DNA of 40,986 nt from Candidatus Methylomirabilis sp. GTDB lineage: Bacteria; Patescibacteriota; DYJS01. The position numbers were made by a program, and so were the translations under genes. The notes beneath the pieces were generated by a model. The model did no database searches and was not told the DNA's origin. It worked only from the letters and a program-made list of their open reading frames with translations. Numbering within the stretch: position 1 is the first letter of the stretch; the number at the start of each line of letters is the position of its first letter. This document shows, one piece after another, positions 1-7,266 of this stretch. The DNA lies in contig DYJS01000004.1 in NCBI GenBank assembly GCA_020723005.1, positions 1 through 40,986 on the forward strand, in the 5' to 3' direction.

Positions 1-35
1 GTTCCAATCCCTTGCAGGGTTTTGGTATTTCTAAT
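1..35 (-). CRISPR. Single CRISPR direct repeat, probably leader-proximal; array presumably continues beyond the left edge
   Basis: Minus strand reads ATTAGAAATACCAAAACCCTGCAAGGGATTGGAAC: CCCT-GCA-AGGG hairpin and a 3' end ATTGGAAC close to the type III ATTGAAAC handle; 150 bp downstream of cas2. Only one copy is visible, so the boundary is approximate. Confidence 0.8.
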
Positions 36-185
36 AGCACCCAATTTTTTCACTAACCTATCCGTGCGAAAAATCAATTTTTGGATTAAGAAAATTTTTT
101 TGAACAAAAATTCAAAAAATAAATAAATTATAAAATTAAAATTGTTGATTTTTAATGTGCTAATGGATATTGGATTCACTTTTTA
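36..185 (-). promoter_or_regulatory. Putative CRISPR leader
   Basis: AT-rich non-coding stretch between the cas2 stop and the repeat; TATAAT on the minus strand at 127-132. Confidence 0.65.
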
Positions 186-464
186 CTAAATAAATATAAA
201 ATCTTCATCTTGTGCTAAATCTGGATGATTTTCACCAAACTTTTCTATCTTACTTTTACAACTTTCACACAAAAAGTAAATACGAACACTATCAACTGGC
301 TGAATAATTTCTGCAATTTTTTCTTTCATAGATCTTGCCATCAATTCATCCAATTCGCATTCAAAAACACTCTTTTGCACTCTCTCTCCAAAAGATTTCA
401 TAATTTTTGCAATTTTATTTAATCTTTTCGGTGTTTTTATGTCGTATGTTACAACTAGTTTCAT
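186..464 (-). CDS. cas2: CRISPR-associated endonuclease Cas2
   Basis: MKLVVTYDI...RVQKSVFEC...DSVRIY motifs. ATG at 464 preferred over 506, which overlaps cas1 by 38 nt. Confidence 0.95.
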   Translation of the reverse strand: MKLVVTYDIKTPKRLNKIAKIMKSFGERVQKSVFECELDELMARSMKEKIAEIIQPVDSVRIYFLCESCKSKIEKFGENHPDLAQDEDFIFI

Positions 465-468
465 AGTT

Positions 469-1458
469 TTAGAATTTGAACGGAGTATAGGTATTAACTT
501 TTTCATAAATTAAATCTCTTAAATTTCTTTGTTGCTTAATAATTATATCATAAAACGAAACCTGTTTTTCTTGACCTGGATAATCATATTTTTGAGCGAA
601 TTTTGTATGAAATGCTCGTATCAATGATTTTATTGCTTCTCTATTCATCAAAATTCTTCCATCACTCTCTTTTCTAAATTGTTCTGGCAAAACAATACTT
701 CTTGAAACAAGTCCAAGCACCATTCCATCAATAGAATAACGAAACTCTTCCATCATATCATAAACCAAACTTTTCCTTCCAAAATCAATTTTATGAAAAA
801 ATCCTAAAAAAGGATCAAGTCCAACCTGTCTAATTGCTCCACCAACAAGTTGTGCAAGCAGTGTATATCCAAAAGAAAGCATAGAATTTACCTCATCTTT
901 TGGTGGAAATTTATTTCTTCCAGAAAAAGAAAAAACTTCATTTTCAAAAAGTTTTCCAAATCCTTCAAAATATTTTCTACTTGCCAACCCTTCAATTCCT
1001 AAAAGCTCTTCAGGAGATTTTGCAAAATTTACATTATTTTTAATTTTCTCAATTTCATCCAAAATATATTGTAAATTAACACCTTTATTTCTTTGTAAAA
1101 GTTGTAAATTTCTTCTTGAGTTAGCAATTTTTCCAAGAACAATTAATTTTGAAAAATCTAATTTAAAATCTTCATTTAAAAATTTTTTATACTGCTCAAT
1201 TTTCAGATTTGTGTTTTTTCCAGTGATACTATTTATCTCTCCAATATAATCTCCATTTTCACCAAGAAAAAATATATCTCTATCAGTTTTCAAAAATTCT
1301 TTAATGACTGGAGTTGTGATTGTGATATTTCCAAAAACCACCAAATGGCTAACAGTGTTTATTGGATACTTTTTTTGCACAGATTCATTTTCTAAAATAA
1401 TCTCTCCTTCAGAAAATTTTACTACAGAATTTTGTTCAAAAATATAAATTGGAAACAT
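469..1458 (-). CDS. cas1: CRISPR-associated endonuclease Cas1
   Basis: 329 aa with LLGIEG, NSMLSFGY, GLDPFLGFFH and SLVYDMMEEFR motifs. Confidence 0.97.
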   Translation of the reverse strand: MFPIYIFEQNSVVKFSEGEIILENESVQKKYPINTVSHLVVFGNITITTPVIKEFLKTDRDIFFLGENGDYIGEINSITGKNTNLKIEQYKKFLNEDFKLDFSKLIVLGKIANSRRNLQLLQRNKGVNLQYILDEIEKIKNNVNFAKSPEELLGIEGLASRKYFEGFGKLFENEVFSFSGRNKFPPKDEVNSMLSFGYTLLAQLVGGAIRQVGLDPFLGFFHKIDFGRKSLVYDMMEEFRYSIDGMVLGLVSRSIVLPEQFRKESDGRILMNREAIKSLIRAFHTKFAQKYDYPGQEKQVSFYDIIIKQQRNLRDLIYEKVNTYTPFKF

Positions 1459-1461
1459 TTT

Positions 1462-2856
1462 TTAGATTATTAAATTTTCTAAATCTTTATTTAAAATTTT
1501 GTGCCATTGTTTTTTTATTAATTTTTCATTTTGCAAAATCTTTTCTTGTTCTTTTATAAAATTTTCAATTCCACAAAAATCTGCAAAATCGTTTTCTGTC
1601 AATCCCTCCAACCTGTGAGCAACAAAAGATTCATTCCTTTTTTCCATAAGTTCCTTTAATTGTACAAAAAAAGATTTTTCAAATTTATTATTGTTCAAAG
1701 CATAAAATAAACATATTTTTGCAATAGAATTAAATTGTCTATTTTCATCAAATTCACTTCCCAAGATTTCTTTTATCTTAGATTTTACATCGGTAGTAAA
1801 AAATTCTTTTGCCTTTTCTATTAAAAAACCTCTTTCATCAGTCCATTTAAACTTATAGTTTTTTTCTAAATAAAAATTTACAAAATTATCCCATAAATTA
1901 TAAATTCTAGCAACTGCATCTGTAAATCTTCTCTGTTTGAAATAAATTTTTGTTCCAATCCAAAGATGAAAAATTTTGATTTCAGTTTTTTCAAAGTCTT
2001 CCAAGCTTGATAAGAATTTCAATTTCTCTTTTTTAGAATGTAGTTTTTCTTGTAAAATTTTTGCAGATTCTAAATCAAAAAACAAAATCGAATTTACAAA
2101 TTTTAAAACATTCAAAATTGTTTCTTTATTTGTAAACTCTGCATTTGAATCTTCTAAAATTGATATCGCTGAAGAATACTCATATTTTTTAATCAATTTC
2201 AAAATTGCATCTTGAACAAAATATTTTTTAACTGTATTCTCATAATCAATATAAAAAACTTTTCCATCATCACTAATTCTGCAAACCGATAAATTTTTTA
2301 TCCATTTTACAGCATTTAAAAACAAAGCATTGTTTAGTGCAGGAATCCCAGCAGAGATCAAAATTGTTGTTTCTATATTTTTTAAATTGTATCTTCTTAT
2401 TAAACTTTCATAAAATTCAAAAACTTTTTCCTCATCACTTGTATTAAAATTCACCTCTTCTAAAAAAATCTTACTTTTTTCTCCAAAGATTTTTTCTATT
2501 ATTTTACCTTCAAAAATTGTATCTGAATTACGAAAATTATCTCTTGCATCAATCTGATTTGTTGAAACAATTATTATATCAGAAAATTTCTCCTTTAATT
2601 TAGAAATAATTTCCAAATTTAAATTTTCTTTATATTTATCAAAATTTTTAAAAATTATTTCTGTAATTTCTTTAAATTTTTTTTCACTATCCACAATTTC
2701 CCCTGTTCTTAAATCCTCTCTTTGTTCAAAAAATTCAGGATAAAGTTTTTTAAACTCCAATCTATTGTTTTTATTCAAGTTTTTTCCACCTAAATAAAAT
2801 TTAGAAATTGTTAAATCGCTATTTCCAATATTCGCTATTAAAATTTTTTTTTTCAT
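1462..2856 (-). CDS. csm6: CARF-HEPN cOA-activated ribonuclease (Csm6/Csx1-like)
   Basis: N-terminal CARF-like motifs (ILIANIGNSD, STNQ..SDT, SAGIPA), helical middle region, C-terminal HEPN-like RNESFVAH; lies between cas6 and cas1. Confidence 0.8.
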   Translation of the reverse strand: MKKKILIANIGNSDLTISKFYLGGKNLNKNNRLEFKKLYPEFFEQREDLRTGEIVDSEKKFKEITEIIFKNFDKYKENLNLEIISKLKEKFSDIIIVSTNQIDARDNFRNSDTIFEGKIIEKIFGEKSKIFLEEVNFNTSDEEKVFEFYESLIRRYNLKNIETTILISAGIPALNNALFLNAVKWIKNLSVCRISDDGKVFYIDYENTVKKYFVQDAILKLIKKYEYSSAISILEDSNAEFTNKETILNVLKFVNSILFFDLESAKILQEKLHSKKEKLKFLSSLEDFEKTEIKIFHLWIGTKIYFKQRRFTDAVARIYNLWDNFVNFYLEKNYKFKWTDERGFLIEKAKEFFTTDVKSKIKEILGSEFDENRQFNSIAKICLFYALNNNKFEKSFFVQLKELMEKRNESFVAHRLEGLTENDFADFCGIENFIKEQEKILQNEKLIKKQWHKILNKDLENLII

Positions 2857-2860
2857 ATTT

Positions 2861-3625
2861 TTAATTTAATTTTTTAAATTTTACATTTCCAAAACCAAAA
2901 TTTGTTTTATTTCCAACTCCAAAAAAATCGGAAGTTTTTGCAAGAAGTGCAACAAAATTTTTTAATTTAAAATTTTTTTCATCAATATTTCTAAATTCAA
3001 AAATTGATTCACCAACAAAACCTTCAATAGAAAAATTTCTAAACTTTTTCTTTCTCGTTTCAATTTTAGAAGAAATTTGAAAAAGATTTTTATCAATAAA
3101 ATTTTCAAAATCTCTCTTTTTTTCTTCTTCAAATTTAACTAAATTTGTTTTTAAAAATTTTTTCAAAAGGGAGTTAAAAATTCTTTTCTTTTCTGGAATA
3201 GAAATAATTTCATCACCATTTTTAAAGAAAGTTGGAGAAAAAAATTTGAGAGAAAATGAATTTGTTTCTTTCGCTAAATTTTCCAAAAATTCTAAAGTTG
3301 CAAACTGAGCAAAACGATTAGAAAGATGATTTGTAAAAACTTGTAAAATTTTTATCTTCTCTTTTCCAACAAAAATTTCTTTATTGATGAAAGAAGAAAG
3401 GATCTCTCCTAAAAATTCATCTCCAAAAAAACCAAATTTTATAAAAAATTTTTCATCTTCTACAAAAAATGGAGAGATTGAAAAAGGTTTTCTTTGTTCA
3501 TGAATTTGTGAAGAGATTTCTTTTGGTAAAACCTTTAGAAATGCGGAAAAAAATTGATATCCAGAAAATTTTTTGTCGATTTGAAAAACTATATTGTAAA
3601 ACATTTTGTAAAAACTATTTTTCAA
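2861..3625 (-). CDS. cas6: crRNA-processing endoribonuclease Cas6
   Basis: KPFSISP, FFSPTFFK and the C-terminal G-loop GVGNKTNFGFG. Alternative ATG at 3604. Confidence 0.92.
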   Translation of the reverse strand: MKNSFYKMFYNIVFQIDKKFSGYQFFSAFLKVLPKEISSQIHEQRKPFSISPFFVEDEKFFIKFGFFGDEFLGEILSSFINKEIFVGKEKIKILQVFTNHLSNRFAQFATLEFLENLAKETNSFSLKFFSPTFFKNGDEIISIPEKKRIFNSLLKKFLKTNLVKFEEEKKRDFENFIDKNLFQISSKIETRKKKFRNFSIEGFVGESIFEFRNIDEKNFKLKNFVALLAKTSDFFGVGNKTNFGFGNVKFKKLN

Positions 3626-3646
3626 AAATACAAACTCTTATCTTCC

Positions 3647-3679
3647 TTCAAGATGACAAACTTTTTTTATCATCCTGAA
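3647..3679. repeat. Degenerate inverted repeat between csm4 and cas6, resembling the element at 15290
   Basis: TTCAAGATGACAA ... TTATCATCCTGAA imperfect arms that resemble TCAGGATGACAAA. Confidence 0.45.
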
Positions 3680-3718
3680 AAATTTTTTCTCATCCTAAGA
3701 TTAAAAATCTGAAGATTC

Positions 3719-4711
3719 TTAACTTATTTTTGCTTTTAATGTAAAAGCAGTTGCATTTTGAATCACTTTTTCATTTACGGAGATATTTTTCAAAATTTTA
3801 CCAAGATAATTTTTATTTTCATAATTTTCTCTCTCTTTATCGTTTTTAAAATCTAACACACTTCCAGCAGAAAAAAATAAAATTGGTTTTTTAAAAGGAT
3901 TCTGAGAATTAGAAAACTCTTCTCCAAGTTTTCCATATTTCACAAAAGTTTCCCATTTAGAATTCTCCCCAGTTGGATCACTTTTATCTGGAACAAAATT
4001 TGAAAGCGAAACAACAGAATTATAATCTTGTAAATTTTCTAAATCATTAAAACCAGAAAACTCTTCAAATTTTGGATCTTCCAAAACTCCCATTCCAACA
4101 GATTTTTTCTTTCCAAAACCAGACTCAAAAGATTTTTTTAAATTTTCTTCAACTTCATATAATTCAAAATTTTCTTGATCTAAAATTTTTATAAAAAACA
4201 CAATTCTCATATTTTTTACAAAATATCTTGGAGTTGTTGAAAAAAGTTTTTTTCCTTCAACTGCAATTCCACTTTCTCTGCTAATTTCTACCTGAGTTTT
4301 TAAATCTTCTTCAAAAAAATTTGGAATTTCTAATTTTTCAAAACATTCTTTTGCTTCTTCTAATTTTTTAGAAACAAGATACTTAAAAATCTCTAAATTT
4401 ACAAATTTTTTCTTTTTTAACTCTTTTCCGTTTAGCTTATTTTTAATCCTCTCTAATTTCTCTTCATTTTTTTCAAAAGGAATATGTATCATAGGTTTTG
4501 GCAAGAAAATATCATTTTCATTTTCATAAAATCCATTTGAAATTGTAAAAATCGGTTTTTTTTCAAAATCTTGCAAAAATCCTTCTAAATCTTTTTCAGA
4601 TAAATTTCTTGAAAGTTCCCACACAAAATGCCCAAAAATTGTATCACTATAAAAATCTGTAAGAAATCCAGATTTTGGAGAGAAAGATAGTTTATAAATT
4701 TTATTTGTCAT
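3719..4711 (-). CDS. csm4: Type III-A Csm4 (Cas5-group RAMP)
   Basis: SDTIFGHF, FTISNGF, FLPKP, GFGKKKSVGMG and FSAGSV motifs. Confidence 0.92.
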   Translation of the reverse strand: MTNKIYKLSFSPKSGFLTDFYSDTIFGHFVWELSRNLSEKDLEGFLQDFEKKPIFTISNGFYENENDIFLPKPMIHIPFEKNEEKLERIKNKLNGKELKKKKFVNLEIFKYLVSKKLEEAKECFEKLEIPNFFEEDLKTQVEISRESGIAVEGKKLFSTTPRYFVKNMRIVFFIKILDQENFELYEVEENLKKSFESGFGKKKSVGMGVLEDPKFEEFSGFNDLENLQDYNSVVSLSNFVPDKSDPTGENSKWETFVKYGKLGEEFSNSQNPFKKPILFFSAGSVLDFKNDKERENYENKNYLGKILKNISVNEKVIQNATAFTLKAKIS

Positions 4712-5066
4712 TGGAATATTTTAATCCATCTGATTCTAAAATTTCTCCCAAAATTATACCATTTTGTTTTGCTTCTAAAACAGAATTTCTTAAAGATGCA
4801 GGATCTTTTTTTGAAATTATTACATCAGATCCAACAATTTTTAAATTCTTAGGAAGTTTTGTAAAACCAGATTCTGCAATAATCATCTTTCCTCGAACGA
4901 TTTCAAGGTTTGGAAATGAATTTTCTGACATATTTCTATTTCCAGCACAATTCAAATCTCCACCTATTTCTTTTAAATTACTTATTATTGTTGCATTTTT
5001 TTGGTTTTTGTTTTCTTCATCTTTTCTTCTGAAAATTTTAATTAAAAATTGTATAATGTTTTTCAT
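4701..5066 (-). CDS. Hypothetical 121-aa protein with three LRR/L-domain-like repeats inside the csm operon
   Basis: ATG start, co-oriented, 11-nt overlap with the csm4 start; repeats NLKEIGGDLNC / PNLEIVRGKMII / KNLKIVGSDVII; amphipathic basic N-terminus. Confidence 0.75.
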   Translation of the reverse strand: MKNIIQFLIKIFRRKDEENKNQKNATIISNLKEIGGDLNCAGNRNMSENSFPNLEIVRGKMIIAESGFTKLPKNLKIVGSDVIISKKDPASLRNSVLEAKQNGIILGEILESDGLKYSNDK

Positions 5067-5095
5067 ATTTAATAATTTAATCTTTTAAATCAATT

Positions 5096-6019
5096 TTAAT
5101 TTATTTTAACTTTACACCAACCTAAATGATTTTTATTTTCATCTATAAATGCTGTATGAACATTTTGATTTGAATCATTTCTCGATCTTGGAGATTGTGC
5201 ATCTGTAAATATTTTAAAATAACTTGTTCCACCAAATCCTAAATTTAATATAAATTCATCTTTTTTTAAATTTTGTAAATTAGTTTCAATTTTTTTTAAA
5301 GATTGATAAAAATGATTTTCAAAAACATTAAACCTATTTAATTTTAAAAAATTCTCTAATCCTTTTTTAGCTTTTTCTAACTCTTTACGATAATAATTTT
5401 TAGATTTTTCATTCAAATATAAAATTTGGTTTGAGATATCGTTTAAAACTTCAACTTCAAAAGACTCTCCTACTTTCAGATTTATTGCATAAACATCAAT
5501 CCATTGATTGTTTCTTTTTCCTCTATTTAAAATTTCCACATTCATTTGACCTGCTTTTAAAAAACTATCTCTCATAATTATTTTTGAAAAAGCAGGGTTG
5601 TCGCTAGAGCTTCTTTTCTCTAAAATAGTCAAAAGTGCACCTTTCACACTACTTGCAGGAATATAAAAATTGCCATTTTGATTTGGAAACTCTTTTACTT
5701 CTAAATTGCCATTCAAATTTAGATTATTATATTTTCTCAAAAACATTTCTGAAACAGATATTTTAAAATCAGAAACATCGTCTAAATTTAAATTTTTGTT
5801 TCCAAAAAATTTGAAAAAATAATTTTGAATAGCTCTTACACTTTGATTTTTTCCAATTTCAAAATAACTATATTTTTTTAAAATTTTTTTATGATTTAAT
5901 CTAAAAAATTGATTTTCTTTTTCTGTAACAATGTAATCAATTCCAAAAACAAGTTTATTTCCTGTAGAGATATGAATTGGTGTCAAAGTTTCAAATTGTA
6001 AAATAATTTTATTTTTCAT
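5096..6019 (-). CDS. csm5: Type III-A Csm5 (Cas7-group RAMP)
   Basis: TLTPIHISTG, YIPASSVKGAL, LGFGG and terminal LGWCKV; ATGA overlap with csm3. Confidence 0.88.
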   Translation of the reverse strand: MKNKIILQFETLTPIHISTGNKLVFGIDYIVTEKENQFFRLNHKKILKKYSYFEIGKNQSVRAIQNYFFKFFGNKNLNLDDVSDFKISVSEMFLRKYNNLNLNGNLEVKEFPNQNGNFYIPASSVKGALLTILEKRSSSDNPAFSKIIMRDSFLKAGQMNVEILNRGKRNNQWIDVYAINLKVGESFEVEVLNDISNQILYLNEKSKNYYRKELEKAKKGLENFLKLNRFNVFENHFYQSLKKIETNLQNLKKDEFILNLGFGGTSYFKIFTDAQSPRSRNDSNQNVHTAFIDENKNHLGWCKVKIN

Positions 6020-6630
6020 TTTTTCTCAACTAATTCCAAAATTTCAACTGCACCATATCCACGACTTCCAGAACCTCCTAAATAATCATTTTTCAAAAGC
6101 TCAAAACCTTCTTTTATCAATTTTAGGCTTTTCTCCAAATCATCATCGGTTTCTCCTCGCAAAATTATCTCTATTTCAAATTGGACATCTTTCGGAACTC
6201 TTTCAATAAATCTTGGACCAGCTCCACTTGCTGTGCCAGTTAATCTATCGATACTAACCTCTGCTTTAATTTCATTTTCAATTTCTTCATTTTCATATTT
6301 TTTCTTCCATTCTTCTGTTAGATGTGCATCTCTGAAAATCACTTTTGTATATTTTTTGTTTTCGTTCTCTGTTTTATCTCCACCAGAACCAAAAACTTCA
6401 GCAACCTCTCCGGTTTTTGAAGGGTTACCATTTTTGAAAAGATTTTTTTCTATTTCTAAAAGCGATCTAATTTTTCCTTTCAAACTACTTCCAGGAATAT
6501 ATGGAAGTTTTGAAATTGGATCTTTTACAACATAGCTATCAATTCCTCCGATTTTAAACTGATCGTTTCCTGATCCAATATGAAGACCGGTTTTAACGAT
6601 TAAAATTATTTTATAAATTTTTCTTTTCAT
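6016..6630 (-). CDS. csm3: Type III-A Csm3 (Cas7 backbone RNase)
   Basis: TGLHIGSG, IGGIDS (catalytic Asp retained), PYIPGSSLKGKIRSLLE and YLGGSGSRGYG. Confidence 0.97.
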   Translation of the reverse strand: MKRKIYKIILIVKTGLHIGSGNDQFKIGGIDSYVVKDPISKLPYIPGSSLKGKIRSLLEIEKNLFKNGNPSKTGEVAEVFGSGGDKTENENKKYTKVIFRDAHLTEEWKKKYENEEIENEIKAEVSIDRLTGTASGAGPRFIERVPKDVQFEIEIILRGETDDDLEKSLKLIKEGFELLKNDYLGGSGSRGYGAVEILELVEKK

Positions 6631-6639
6631 AGTTTTAAT

Positions 6640-7266
6640 TTAATCTCTTTTATATTTTGAAAAATAACCAACCAAAGAAAGCATATGCTGATAAAACATC
6701 TCTAAATTTTTTGAGAAATTTTCATCTTGAGATTTGGTAATTATATCAATTCTGTTTCTAAAAATTTCCTTAAATTCCTCTGAAGCTTCTTTTGAGTATT
6801 CAGAAAGAGCAAGAAGAATAAATAACTTCTGTTTAGCAGTTTCTATATTTCCATTTTTTCGAAAATTTTCATAAATTTTAACTATTTCATCATAAAATTT
6901 CCTAAGTTGATTATTTTTCATTCCAGATTTTGCAAGAATGCTTGCTAAATTATCAACATTTCCATAACCATCTGGAGATATAAGCCATTCAAAAATACCT
7001 TCTTCGTCAAAAAAACTATCGATTAAAAAATCTTTCATTTCAAAAAATATTTTTGTAATTAGTCTGTCTCCAAAATTTCTAGGAAAATTAAATCTTTTTT
7101 CTTTTAAATTTTCTTCTGATTCTAAAAGAATTTTAAATTTTCTATATTGACCATAAATTTCTGAAACATCTATTATATTACCTAATTTTTGAAAATATTC
7201 ACAAATATTAAATTTTTGTAAATTTCTATCAATTCTTTCTAATATAATTTTATATTTATATTTCAT
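6640..7266 (-). CDS. csm2: Csm2 small subunit with an extra N-terminal RRM-like domain
   Basis: C-terminal ~130 aa has NQLRKFYDEI and a terminal SLVGYF motif; start overlaps the cas10 stop (ATGA); 208 aa is longer than typical Csm2. Confidence 0.85.
   Translation of the reverse strand: MKYKYKIILERIDRNLQKFNICEYFQKLGNIIDVSEIYGQYRKFKILLESEENLKEKRFNFPRNFGDRLITKIFFEMKDFLIDSFFDEEGIFEWLISPDGYGNVDNLASILAKSGMKNNQLRKFYDEIVKIYENFRKNGNIETAKQKLFILLALSEYSKEASEEFKEIFRNRIDIITKSQDENFSKNLEMFYQHMLSLVGYFSKYKRD

Noticed and set aside
1952-1961. GTTCCAATCC matches the first 10 nt of the CRISPR repeat, inside csm6
   Set aside because: It encodes W-I-G-T in frame, lacks the hairpin, and GTTCCAAT recurs in several unrelated genes.
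4675-5088. 137-aa plus-strand ORF opposite orfX
   Set aside because: Antisense shadow; the minus-strand ORF has an ATG, operon orientation and repeat structure.
7263-7266. Alternative genetic code (UGA=Gly, as in Gracilibacteria/Absconditabacteria)
   Set aside because: Conserved genes are unbroken in code 11, TGA forms ATGA overlaps at cas10/csm2 and csm3/csm5, and the Gly tRNAs seen are GCC and TCC.
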